Positions 10,866-19,691 of a stretch of 38,503 nt of DNA are shown here, piece by piece. The stretch's first letter is position 1; each line of letters begins with the position of its first letter. The stretch lies in the NCBI GenBank assembly GCA_947632625.1, contig CANRPZ010000002.1, positions 1 to 38,503 on the forward strand, in the 5' to 3' direction. This DNA is from an uncultured Bacilli bacterium (GTDB lineage Bacteria > Bacillota_I > Bacilli_A > RF39 > UBA660). Position numbers and translations under genes: made by a program. The notes under the pieces were generated by a model. It was not told where the DNA came from, did not search any database, and worked only from the letters and a program-made list of their open reading frames with translations.

Positions 10866-13385
10866 ATGGATAAAATAATTGAAAATAATATAGTTAAAGA
10901 AGTAAAAGATTCTTTTGGACGTTATGCAATGAGTGTTATTAAAGCACGTGCATTACCCGATTTAAGGGATGGTTTAAAACCCGTACATCGTCGTATTTTA
11001 TATTCTATGTATGAATCTGGTTATACTCCTGACAAGCCACACCGTAAAAGTGCTAGAATTGTCGGAGATGTTATGGGTAAATATCATCCTCATGGAGATT
11101 CTTCAATTTATGATGCTATGGTCATCATGGCTCAATCATTTAGTTTTCGACATGTATTAGTTGATGGTCACGGAAACTTTGGTAATATGGATGGCGATGG
11201 TGCAGCAGCAATGCGTTATACCGAAGCTCGTTTATCTAAACTTTCTCTTGAAATGGTTAGAGATTTAAATAAAAATACAGTTAATTTTTTACCAAACTTT
11301 GATGAAACCGAATCTGAACCAGAAATATTACCCAGTCGTTTTCCAAATATTTTAGTAAATGGAACAATGGGTATTGCGGTTGGTATGGCTACGAAAATTC
11401 CACCTCATAACTTAGGGGAGGTCATTGATGGTTGTGTTGCTTATATCGACAATCATGATATTGATACTGATGGTTTAATGCAATATATTAAAGGACCAGA
11501 TTTTCCAACCGGTGCTTCTATTTTAGGTAATGGTGGTATTAAAAAAGCCTATGAAACAGGGAAAGGAACCATTATTATTCGAGGTAAAGCAGACATTGAA
11601 GAGGTTAATGGTAAAACAAGAATTGTGGTTACAGAACTCCCTTACCAAGTTAATAAAGCAGAATTCCAATCACGTATTGGGGAGCTTGTTCGTGATAAAA
11701 TTATTGATGGAATTAGTGAATTACATGAAGAATCTAACTTGGAAAATCCAGTTCGTGTTGTAATTTATTTAAAAAGAGATGCAAATGCCAATGTTATTTT
11801 AAATAATTTATATAAATATACACAATTACAAACTCCATATGGTATTAATTTATTAATGATTGATCAAGGAGCACCTAAAGTATTAGGTCTTAAGGATATT
11901 ATTTCAAAATATATTGATTATCAAAAAGAAATAATAATTCGAAGAACTCAATTTGATTTAGCAAAAGCAGAAGAAAGAGTCCATATTTTAGAAGGTTTAA
12001 AAATAGCCCTAGACAATTTAGATGCAGTAATTAAAACGATTCGTGAAAGTGAAACGGATGTAATTGCTAAAGAACAATTAATGTCTAAATTTAATTTGGA
12101 TGAAATCCAAGCCCAAGCTATTTTGGACATGAGATTACGCCGTTTAACTGGTTTAGAAAGAGAAAAAATTGAAGCTGAACTTGCTGAATTATTAAAATCT
12201 ATTGATGAATACCATAGTATTTTAGCAAGTGAAGAAAAAGTTTTGGCAATTATTAGAGAGGAATTATTAGAAATTAAAAATAAATATGCAGATGAGAGAA
12301 GAACTAATATTGATATGTCTGCTATTGAATTTATAGAAGATGAATCTTTAATTCCAGAAGAAAATATTATTATTGCCCTTACGCACAATGGTTATATTAA
12401 GAGAACAACCTCCGATACTTTTAAACTACAAAATCGTGGTGGTGTAGGTATTAAAGGAATGAATACAAATGAAGAAGATTATGTAGAACATTTAGTTAAC
12501 TTATGCACACATGATTATGTTTTATTCTTCACAAATAAAGGTAAGGTTTATCGTTTAAAAGGTTATGAAATTCCTGAATTTGGTAGACAATCTAAAGGAT
12601 TACCAATTATCAACTTATTACAAATAGATAAAGAAGAGAAAATTAACTCTGTTTTAAGTATTGAAAGAGAAGACAAAGCTAAATATTTGTTCTTTGCTAC
12701 AAAACATGGAGTTGTTAAGAAAACAAATATTAGTGAGTTTGATAATATCCGTACTAATGGTAAAATTTCTATAAATTTACGTCCTAGCGATGAACTTATT
12801 TCAGTAAAGAAAACTACTGGAAATGACATGATTTTACTTGGCTCTAGCAATGGTCGTATGGTTAAATTTAAGGAAAATGAAATCCGTGTTATGGGTAGAA
12901 CAGCCAGCGGTGTACGTGGTATTAATTTAGACGGCGGAGAATGTATAGGAGCAGAAATCGTTAACGAAAACGATAATATAATTATTGTTACGAAAAAAGG
13001 TTATGGTAAACAAACAAGCGTTAACGATTATCGAGAAACTAGACGTGGTAGTAAAGGAGTAAAAGCCTTAAATATTACTGATAAAAATGGTGCAATGGCT
13101 GCCTTTAGTCTATCAAAAGAAAATTCAGATTTAATTATTATTACAAATATAGGAATGGTTATCCGAGTTCCATTAGAGCAAATAAATATGTTAGGAAGAG
13201 TTACGCAAGGCGTAAGAGTTATCCACTTGAAGGATAATCAAGAGGTTTCAAATATTAGTTTAGTTGATAAAACTATTGAAAAAAATGATTCAGCGGAAAA
13301 CGGTGAAATCGAAGAAACTGAAGATTTAGATAGTCATTTATCTAGTGATACAGAAAATACTGAAAATTCAAATGATAATGAATGA
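10866..13385 (+). CDS. gyrA: DNA gyrase subunit A
   Basis: 839 aa with [17 protein letters not shown], the catalytic-Tyr region [11 protein letters not shown], a beta-pinwheel C-terminal domain and an acidic tail. Confidence 0.98.
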   Translation: MDKIIENNIVKEVKDSFGRYAMSVIKARALPDLRDGLKPVHRRILYSMYESGYTPDKPHRKSARIVGDVMGKYHPHGDSSIYDAMVIMAQSFSFRHVLVDGHGNFGNMDGDGAAAMRYTEARLSKLSLEMVRDLNKNTVNFLPNFDETESEPEILPSRFPNILVNGTMGIAVGMATKIPPHNLGEVIDGCVAYIDNHDIDTDGLMQYIKGPDFPTGASILGNGGIKKAYETGKGTIIIRGKADIEEVNGKTRIVVTELPYQVNKAEFQSRIGELVRDKIIDGISELHEESNLENPVRVVIYLKRDANANVILNNLYKYTQLQTPYGINLLMIDQGAPKVLGLKDIISKYIDYQKEIIIRRTQFDLAKAEERVHILEGLKIALDNLDAVIKTIRESETDVIAKEQLMSKFNLDEIQAQAILDMRLRRLTGLEREKIEAELAELLKSIDEYHSILASEEKVLAIIREELLEIKNKYADERRTNIDMSAIEFIEDESLIPEENIIIALTHNGYIKRTTSDTFKLQNRGGVGIKGMNTNEEDYVEHLVNLCTHDYVLFFTNKGKVYRLKGYEIPEFGRQSKGLPIINLLQIDKEEKINSVLSIEREDKAKYLFFATKHGVVKKTNISEFDNIRTNGKISINLRPSDELISVKKTTGNDMILLGSSNGRMVKFKENEIRVMGRTASGVRGINLDGGECIGAEIVNENDNIIIVTKKGYGKQTSVNDYRETRRGSKGVKALNITDKNGAMAAFSLSKENSDLIIITNIGMVIRVPLEQINMLGRVTQGVRVIHLKDNQEVSNISLVDKTIEKNDSAENGEIEETEDLDSHLSSDTENTENSNDNE

Positions 13386-13412
13386 TGTTTCACGTGGAAC
13401 ATCATTTTTTGT
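13381..13412 (+). terminator. Strong intrinsic terminator of gyrA
   Basis: AATGATGTTTC-ACGT-GGAACATCATT, an 11-bp stem with one G-U pair, followed by TTTTTG. It overlaps the gyrA stop codon. Confidence 0.8.
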
Positions 13413-13461
13413 AAACTGTTGTAATGTTTCACGTGGAACTATTGTTTTTTTAAATTTTTTT

Positions 13462-13470
13462 TGTTATTAT
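13462..13470 (+). promoter_or_regulatory. Extended -10 promoter (TGtTATTAT) for the SRP RNA
   Basis: TG-n-TATTAT at 13462-13470, placed 6-7 nt before the first base of the predicted SRP RNA closing helix. Confidence 0.45.
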
Positions 13471-13476
13471 CAGATT

Positions 13477-13553
13477 GTGCAACGAATATATTGTAATCTG
13501 GTCAGAATCGGAAGATAGCAGCCATATCAGTCTCTATTCGTGTGCACTTTTTT
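13477..13553 (+). ncRNA. ffs: Small (4.5S-type) signal recognition particle RNA
   Basis: CTGGTCAGAATCGGAAGATAGCAGCCATATCAG matches the universally conserved SRP domain IV (GGUCAG..xCGGAAGxxAGCAGCC, GGAA tetraloop). The closing helix pairs GTGCAACGAATA (13477-13488) with TATTCGTGTGCAC (13535-13547), followed by a U-tract. Its position upstream of tadA/dnaX matches B. subtilis scr. Confidence 0.8.
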
Positions 13554-13568
13554 ATTTAGGAGATTTTT

Positions 13569-13988
13569 ATGAATGAAGAGGTAATTATAAAAAAACTTAT
13601 AGATTTGGCTACAAAAGCTTTTAAAAAAGGGGAAATTCCTGTTGGTGCAATTTTGGTATGCAATCAAAAAATTATTGCTAAAACATATAATTTGAAGGAA
13701 AGAAAAAATAATATTATGGGACATGCTGAAATAATAGCTATAAAGAAAGGATCTAAAAAATTAAAAAGATGGAATTTATCAGATTGTAGTCTTTATGTTA
13801 CTTTAAAACCATGTAATATGTGTATGGAAATTATTAAACAAAGCCGTATTCAAAATGTTTTCTATATGGTAGATCGTTTGGATTATAAACATGATTTTTC
13901 AAAAACAAATATAAGACAAATTGGTAGTGAAATAAATATTAAAACTTATAAACAAATGTTATCAAATTTTTTTCAAATTATACGTTAA
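13569..13988 (+). CDS. tadA: tRNA adenosine(34) deaminase TadA
   Basis: 139 aa with the CDA zinc motifs HAEIIAI and PCNMC. SD AGGAG lies upstream. Confidence 0.9.
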   Translation: MNEEVIIKKLIDLATKAFKKGEIPVGAILVCNQKIIAKTYNLKERKNNIMGHAEIIAIKKGSKKLKRWNLSDCSLYVTLKPCNMCMEIIKQSRIQNVFYMVDRLDYKHDFSKTNIRQIGSEINIKTYKQMLSNFFQIIR

Positions 13989-14032
13989 TTATTAGGTTTT
14001 TATGTTATAATTGATTTTGTAAGGAGATTCAT

Positions 14033-15673
14033 ATGGCAAACGATTATAAAGTACTTTATAGAAAATATCGACCAACAACTTTTGATGAAATCGTTGGTCA
14101 AAAGTATTCCATTACAATGCTTAAAAATACTATTATTAATAATAAAATTTCTCATGCATATTTGTTCACTGGCCCGAGAGGAACTGGAAAAACAAGTACT
14201 GCTAAAATTTTTGCTAAAACTATTAACTGTGAAAACCCAAAAAATGGTATACCTTGCGGGGAATGTCCAAGTTGTTTAAATAGTAATAGTGCAGATATTA
14301 TTGAAATTGATGCTGCTTCTAATAATGGTGTAGACAGTATTCGAGAAATTATTAACAATGTAAAAATAGCACCTACTTTTAGTAAATATAAAATTTATAT
14401 TATTGATGAGGTACATGAGTTATCCTCTTCAGCTTTTAATGCTTTATTATTAACACTTGAAGAACCACCAAGTCATGTTGTTTTTATCTTTGCAACAACG
14501 AATATAGAAAAGGTTCCAATCACCATTCTTTCTAGATGTCAACGTTATGATTTTAGAAAATTAACGAATGAAGAATTAACGAGTCATTTACTAAATATTG
14601 CTCAAAAAGAAAATATAAAAATTACCGAGGATGCTATTGAGGAAATTGCTTATTTATCGGATGGGGGATGTCGAGATGCCCTTAGTATCTTAAATCAATT
14701 GAGTACAAGTAATGAAAATATTGATTTAAATACTGTTTTAAGTAACTATGGTTCAGTATCATCAGTACAAATTAAGAACATTGTAAATGCTTATATGGAA
14801 GATAGTTATGAACAATTGAAAAATATTTTTGATAATATTGAAAAATCTTCTATAGATTATAAAGTGTTTTTGAAAAAATTAGTCGATCAGTTTTTTTCAG
14901 AAGCAATTACTTGTAAAACCAAAAATAATAATTCAATGTACTTAAAGATAAAGAATACTATATTTGAATTAAATGACTTAATAAACAAAATTAATATCAA
15001 TGTAGATCCTTTTATGCTTATTTTCTTGGTTTTAATAGAAAATATACAGACTACGGAGAATATTAAAAGTTTGGAAAACAGTGTTGTAAAAGATATTTCT
15101 GATAATGCAATACCTAAAAAACAAGTTCAACCTAAAGAAAAAGTAGAGATAGTAACTGAAAAGAAAAATATTACTATAGAAGAGCCAATTATAAATGATG
15201 ATTTTATAGAAAAATTAAGAGTAGTTAGAATTAATAATTGCTTTGCCAAAGCCGATAAAAACTTGTTAATGTCAAGTAAAGAACGTTGGGAAAGTTTTAA
15301 TTCAAAAATAGGTAGTACAGATATGATTAAGTCTATAATCATTGATACAAATGTTGTACTTGCTTCAGAAAATATTAACATTATTACGGATGCTCAAGAA
15401 AGTATTGTAGACATGTTTAATCATAACTTGCATTCTATTGAAGAAAAATATAAAGAAATAGAAAATGCAACGCTTCATTTTATAGCTCTTACAATTGAAG
15501 AGTGGGAAAAATATAAAAAAGATTATGTAAAAAAATTAAAAGAAAAATACATCTATCAAATTATGGAAGAACCTATTATGGAACAAGGTCCAAGCTTGAC
15601 TGAAGAGGTAAAAGAAAATAATTATGAGGATATTATTTCTATTTTTGATAAAGAAAAAGTAGAAATTAAATAA
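14033..15673 (+). CDS. dnaX: DNA polymerase III subunits gamma/tau
   Basis: 546 aa with Walker A GPRGTGKTS, zinc module CGECPSC, Walker B IYIIDEVHELS and sensor LSRCQ. Confidence 0.96.
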   Translation: MANDYKVLYRKYRPTTFDEIVGQKYSITMLKNTIINNKISHAYLFTGPRGTGKTSTAKIFAKTINCENPKNGIPCGECPSCLNSNSADIIEIDAASNNGVDSIREIINNVKIAPTFSKYKIYIIDEVHELSSSAFNALLLTLEEPPSHVVFIFATTNIEKVPITILSRCQRYDFRKLTNEELTSHLLNIAQKENIKITEDAIEEIAYLSDGGCRDALSILNQLSTSNENIDLNTVLSNYGSVSSVQIKNIVNAYMEDSYEQLKNIFDNIEKSSIDYKVFLKKLVDQFFSEAITCKTKNNNSMYLKIKNTIFELNDLINKININVDPFMLIFLVLIENIQTTENIKSLENSVVKDISDNAIPKKQVQPKEKVEIVTEKKNITIEEPIINDDFIEKLRVVRINNCFAKADKNLLMSSKERWESFNSKIGSTDMIKSIIIDTNVVLASENINIITDAQESIVDMFNHNLHSIEEKYKEIENATLHFIALTIEEWEKYKKDYVKKLKEKYIYQIMEEPIMEQGPSLTEEVKENNYEDIISIFDKEKVEIK

Positions 15674-15692
15674 AAAGAAAGAAGGAATAAAT

Positions 15693-15983
15693 ATGAATAT
15701 GCAAAATTTAATGGCTCAAGCTCAAAAAATGCAAAGAGATATGCAAAAAAAGAAAGAAGAAATCGATAATACCTTATTTACAGGAAAATCCGAATTAGTA
15801 GAGGTAGTCATGAATGGTAAAAAAGAGATGGTTTCTATTAAATTTAAAGAAGGAATTTCCCTAGATGATTTAGAAATAATTGAGGATATGATTGTTCTTG
15901 CTTGTAAAGAAGCTACACAAAAAGTAGATAAAGAAACAGAAGAAAAAATGGGATCTCTTGCTAGTTTAGGTGGACTTTTCTAA
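15693..15983 (+). CDS. ybaB: Nucleoid-associated protein YbaB/EbfC (YaaK)
   Basis: 96 aa starting MNMQNLMAQAQKMQRDMQKKKEE. It has the family-typical length and sits between dnaX and recR. Confidence 0.92.
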   Translation: MNMQNLMAQAQKMQRDMQKKKEEIDNTLFTGKSELVEVVMNGKKEMVSIKFKEGISLDDLEIIEDMIVLACKEATQKVDKETEEKMGSLASLGGLF

Positions 15984-15984
15984 A

Positions 15985-16593
15985 ATGATTTATCCACGAA
16001 AATTAGAAGCTATTATAGAGTTTTATAAAAAATTACCGGGAATTGGTGAAAAAAGTGCAGAGAGAATGGCTTTAGCTACTTTAGATTTACCCACAGAAGA
16101 AATTGAATTGATAAGCAAAGATTTAGTAGAAGCCAAAAAAACTTTAGTTCCTTGTAAGATTTGTGGACATATCACGGACAAGGAAATATGTGATATCTGT
16201 AGTGATAACGGACGCAACAAGAATATTATTTGTGTTTTAGAGGACTATAAAAGTGTTTTTACTTTTGAAAAAACAGGTAATTTTAAAGGAGTCTATCATG
16301 TCTTAAATGGTTTAATTTCTCCAACTGAAGGAATAGGGTATGAAGATATTAACATTGCTAGTTTATTAGAAAGAATTAAAGATCTAGAAAAACCTGAATT
16401 AATAATTGCTTTAAAATCTAATATTGAAGGTGAAACAACAACTTTATTTATAAAAAAAATATTAGAAGGAAAAAATGTAATTATTTCAAGGCTTTCTTAT
16501 GGTATCCCAATGGGTGCAGATATCGATTATATGGATACAATTACCTTGGATAAGGCTATTGAAGATAGAAAGCAAATTTCTGATAATATTTAA
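15985..16593 (+). CDS. recR: Recombination protein RecR
   Basis: HhH motif LPGIGEKSAERMA, C4 zinc finger CKICGHITDKEICDIC and a Toprim domain. ATG at 15985 with SD AGGTGG 12 nt upstream is preferred over the track's GTG at 15970, which overlaps ybaB. Confidence 0.94.
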   Translation: MIYPRKLEAIIEFYKKLPGIGEKSAERMALATLDLPTEEIELISKDLVEAKKTLVPCKICGHITDKEICDICSDNGRNKNIICVLEDYKSVFTFEKTGNFKGVYHVLNGLISPTEGIGYEDINIASLLERIKDLEKPELIIALKSNIEGETTTLFIKKILEGKNVIISRLSYGIPMGADIDYMDTITLDKAIEDRKQISDNI

Positions 16594-16630
16594 ATTGCTT
16601 GTCCCATATATTTAAATAGGTGATTAAAAT

Positions 16631-16819
16631 ATGGGAAAAAGAATTCTTGGGTTGATAAAAAAATTCATTTTTGCTTTTTTATTGTTATATGGTTTAAATA
16701 TTTGTGTAAATACATTAAATGTTTTAATACCTATTAATCTGTTTACTTTAGGCACTGTAACTTTTTTAGGGGTACCAGGGCTTGTATCATTGGTTGTAAT
16801 GTTCTTTATAACCAAATAA
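16631..16819 (+). CDS. bofA: Pro-sigma-K processing inhibitor BofA family membrane protein
   Basis: 62 aa. LLLYGLNICVNTLNVLIPINLFTLGTVTFLGVPGLVSLVVMFFI aligns with B. subtilis BofA LLLVCVNMFGGSLGIHVPINLVTTAISGILGIPGIAALVVIKQFI. It occupies the same position after recR. Confidence 0.8.
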   Translation: MGKRILGLIKKFIFAFLLLYGLNICVNTLNVLIPINLFTLGTVTFLGVPGLVSLVVMFFITK

Positions 16820-16823
16820 GTAG

Positions 16824-17645
16824 GTGATTTATTTGATAAAAAATGAAAACATACGAGAGTTAGAAAAAAAATTTAATGAGAATAAACTATCTCATGTTTT
16901 TTTAATTGAAACAAATGATTTTCAAGAATCTCTTCTCGATGTTTTAGAATTGTGTAAACGAATTAATTGCTCCTCAAAATATAGTGAAAATTGTGAAAAA
17001 TGTAATATTTGCCATTTAATTGATACGCAATCTTTGCCTTCTTTAAAAATTATTTTTCCTGATGGTCAATTTATTAGAAAGGAACAAATGGAAGAATTAA
17101 AATTAACTTTTTCTTATGTTCCATATATTACAAATTATAATATTTATATTATTAACGAAGCGGAAAAGTTTAATCGTGAATCCGCTAATACGATACTTAA
17201 ATTTATGGAGGAACCAGAAAAAAATATAATTGGATTTTTAATAACAAACAATAAGGAAAATGTTATAAATACTATCAAAAGTCGATGCGAAATTGTTAAA
17301 GCTAGCTATATAAAGGAAAATACAATTAAAAATGAAGAACTAATTTCTTTAGTTAAGGATTATTTAAAAAAAATAGAGGTAGAAAAAAACTTGGGTATTG
17401 TTTATAATAAAATTGTTCTAGAAAAAAATTTGGAGAAAAATGATATTATTGCTTTTTTTCATATTCTTTTAGACTTTTATGTAGAAGCTTTAAAAGGAAA
17501 TAATGAATTAAAAGAATTGGACAAGCTTTCTCAATTAGAATTAATTAAAAGAGTAGATTTAGTAAATCAAATTATAGAGCGCTTAAACTATAATGTAAAT
17601 ATTAACTTACTATTTGATTATTTTGTATTAAGTTTGGAGGAGTAA
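16824..17645 (+). CDS. holB: DNA polymerase III delta-prime subunit (start ambiguous: GTG 16824, TTG 16833 or ATG 16843)
   Basis: 273 aa with clamp-loader AAA+ features: Cys cluster CEKCNICHLI, IYIINEAEKFN...ANTILKFMEEP and SRCE. ricT follows, as in Bacillus. Confidence 0.88.
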   Translation: MIYLIKNENIRELEKKFNENKLSHVFLIETNDFQESLLDVLELCKRINCSSKYSENCEKCNICHLIDTQSLPSLKIIFPDGQFIRKEQMEELKLTFSYVPYITNYNIYIINEAEKFNRESANTILKFMEEPEKNIIGFLITNNKENVINTIKSRCEIVKASYIKENTIKNEELISLVKDYLKKIEVEKNLGIVYNKIVLEKNLEKNDIIAFFHILLDFYVEALKGNNELKELDKLSQLELIKRVDLVNQIIERLNYNVNINLLFDYFVLSLEE

Positions 17646-17647
17646 CT

Positions 17648-18436
17648 ATGAATATTTATGGTGTTGTATTTAATGATAAAGGAAAGGTTTATTATTTTAA
17701 TGCTCACGATTTAAAATTACATAAAAATGTTTATGTGATTGTAGAAACAGAAAAAGGCCAACAATATGGGAAAATAATTGAAAAAATACCAGAAAATAAA
17801 GTAAATAAAATGGATAATTATAAAGACATCATAAGAGTTGCTACAAAAGAGGATTATAATAAATATTTAGAAAATTTGAAGGATGCTCAAAAGGCATTAA
17901 CAAAAGCAAAAGAATTAGCAAAAAATTTAGGGTTGGATATGTACTTTTTATCAGCAAATTTTACTTTTGATAAAAAACAACTTTTATTTAACTTTACGGC
18001 TGAAGAAAGGGTTGACTTTCGTGAATTAACTAAAAAACTAGCTGCCATCTATCATACAAGAATTGAATTACACCAAATCGGAGCAAGAGATAAAGCAAGT
18101 AGTGTCGGCGGTATTGGTCAGTGTGGAAGAGAGTTATGTTGTTCTTCTTTTTTAAAAACACTAGAATCTGTTTCTATGAACATGGCAAAAAATCAAAATT
18201 TGGCATTAACACCCTCTAAAATTAATGGAGCTTGTGGAAGATTATTGTGTTGTTTAGCTTATGAAGATGCAAACTATTTGGAATCTCAAAAAGGGTTACC
18301 TTCTGTAGGAGATATTATTACAACTAACAATGTACGTGGAAAAGTTATTTCTGTTGATATATTAAACCGAAAAATACGTTTAGACTGTGGTAATGAAATA
18401 CAAGAAATGGATTTAAAAAATGAAAGTCATAAATGA
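17648..18436 (+). CDS. ricT: PSP1-domain protein RicT (YaaT), Fe-S regulatory complex subunit / stage 0 sporulation protein
   Basis: 262 aa with PSP1 C-terminal Cys clusters GQCGRELCCSSFL and GACGRLLCCLAYE. Confidence 0.92.
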   Translation: MNIYGVVFNDKGKVYYFNAHDLKLHKNVYVIVETEKGQQYGKIIEKIPENKVNKMDNYKDIIRVATKEDYNKYLENLKDAQKALTKAKELAKNLGLDMYFLSANFTFDKKQLLFNFTAEERVDFRELTKKLAAIYHTRIELHQIGARDKASSVGGIGQCGRELCCSSFLKTLESVSMNMAKNQNLALTPSKINGACGRLLCCLAYEDANYLESQKGLPSVGDIITTNNVRGKVISVDILNRKIRLDCGNEIQEMDLKNESHK

Positions 18437-19124
18437 TTTATTTGATTATGAAAATTATAAAATCGTTCAAGATAATCAAGGCTTTAAATTTTCACTTGAT
18501 TCTATTTTGCTTGCCGAATTCACAAAGTTAAATAAAGATGATAAAGTTTTAGATTTGTGTACGGGAAATGCTGCTGTACCTTTAATATTATCTTATTATT
18601 TCCCAAATTCAATTGTAGGATTTGAAATACAAGAAACTATTTATAACCTTGGTGTAGAAAGCGTAATTTTAAACCATAAAGAAGAACAAATTCAGCTAAT
18701 AAATGATGATATCAAAAATATAAAAAATTATTTCCCGGGAAATAATTTTGATGTTTTAGTGGCTAATCCACCTTATTTTAAGTTTCAAGAAGATTCTTAT
18801 ATAAATGAGGATAAAAAGAAAGCTATTGCTAGACATGAAATTTTTTTAAATATTGAAAACATATTTCAAATTGCTAAAACTATGTTAAAAAACAATGGTA
18901 CATTATATTTGGTTCATTTGCCATCTCGTTTGGAAGAAATTTTTAATTGTTGTGAAAAATATAAAATCACTGTCAAAGAATTGCAATTTGTTTACACAAA
19001 AGAAACGGAATGTGCTACCATAGTTTTAATTAAATGTGTTAAAAATGCAAGGAAAACATTGAAAGTTAATCCTCCTTTATATGTGAAACGGATGGTAAGT
19101 TATAAAAATTGTTTTAGAGGGTGA
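18420..19124 (+). CDS. SAM-dependent methyltransferase, TrmN6/YabB-like (tRNA adenine-N6 family)
   Basis: 234 aa with SAM motif VLDLCTGNAAVPL and catalytic NPPYF. The N-terminus YKIVQDNQGFKFSLDSILLAEF resembles B. subtilis YabB. Confidence 0.85.
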   Translation: MKVINDLFDYENYKIVQDNQGFKFSLDSILLAEFTKLNKDDKVLDLCTGNAAVPLILSYYFPNSIVGFEIQETIYNLGVESVILNHKEEQIQLINDDIKNIKNYFPGNNFDVLVANPPYFKFQEDSYINEDKKKAIARHEIFLNIENIFQIAKTMLKNNGTLYLVHLPSRLEEIFNCCEKYKITVKELQFVYTKETECATIVLIKCVKNARKTLKVNPPLYVKRMVSYKNCFRG

Positions 19125-19132
19125 GGAGAAAA

Positions 19133-19681
19133 ATGAAATTAATTGTTGGACTGGGAAATCCGGGAAAAGAATATAACCAAACAAGGCATAATGTAGGATT
19201 TATGATTATTGATTCCTACATTAATGATGATGAATGGCAAAACAAGTTTGATGGTCAAATAAAACTTTTAAAAGTAAAGGATGAAAAGGTTTTATTTTTA
19301 AAACCTCTTACATATATGAATAATTCAGGTTTGTCTGTTATTCAGGCTGTGAAATATTATGATATTAAACCAGAAGATATCTTGGTTATTCAAGACGATT
19401 TAGATATTTTATTTGGTCATTATAAATTAAAAAAGAATAGTTCTTCTGGAGGCCATAATGGTATAAAATCTATCATATCTGCTTTAAATACTGATTCTTT
19501 TAATCGATTAAAGGTTGGTATATCACATGATAGAAATATTGATACGATAGAATATGTATTAAAAAAATTTTCCAAAGAAGAATTAAAAACATTAGAAGAA
19601 GGATATCCTTTATATAAAAATATTATTGATTCTTTTATTTCTAATGGAATTGAATATACTATGAATAAGTATCATGATTGA
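19133..19681 (+). CDS. pth: Peptidyl-tRNA hydrolase
   Basis: MKLIVGLGNPGKEYNQTRHNVGF...GGHNGIKS. ATG at 19133 with SD GAGGAG is preferred over the track's upstream GTG at 19121. Confidence 0.95.
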   Translation: MKLIVGLGNPGKEYNQTRHNVGFMIIDSYINDDEWQNKFDGQIKLLKVKDEKVLFLKPLTYMNNSGLSVIQAVKYYDIKPEDILVIQDDLDILFGHYKLKKNSSSGGHNGIKSIISALNTDSFNRLKVGISHDRNIDTIEYVLKKFSKEELKTLEEGYPLYKNIIDSFISNGIEYTMNKYHD

Positions 19682-19691
19682 GGCGTGAATT

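Noticed and set aside
11530-12850. ORFs 11530-11763 (+), 11948-12388 (-) and 12563-12850 (-)
   Set aside because: They are alternative-frame or antisense shadows inside gyrA, whose own frame has unmistakable gyrase motifs throughout.
13527-13724. 65-aa minus-strand ORF
   Set aside because: It overlaps the SRP RNA 3' half and the tadA 5' end, and has no SD. It is a shadow ORF.
14082-15381. ORFs 14082-14279 (+), 14152-14358 (-) and 15127-15381 (-). Also a possible dnaX programmed -1 frameshift at the AAAAAAG run near 15514-15520.
   Set aside because: The ORFs are shadows inside dnaX. The A-run is read as AAA AAA G in the zero frame, which is not the X XXY YYZ register. It also lies only about 50 codons from the C-terminus, so it cannot yield a gamma-like product.
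15970-15984. GTG-extended recR start; likewise the GTG 19121 pth extension and the 31384 extension of veg
   Set aside because: The extensions overlap upstream genes and lack SD sequences. The internal ATGs at 15985, 19133 and 31462 have well-spaced SDs and give canonical N-termini.
16023-16815. Minus-strand ORFs 16023-16220 and 16624-16815
   Set aside because: They are antisense to recR and bofA. The plus-strand products match known families, and these do not.
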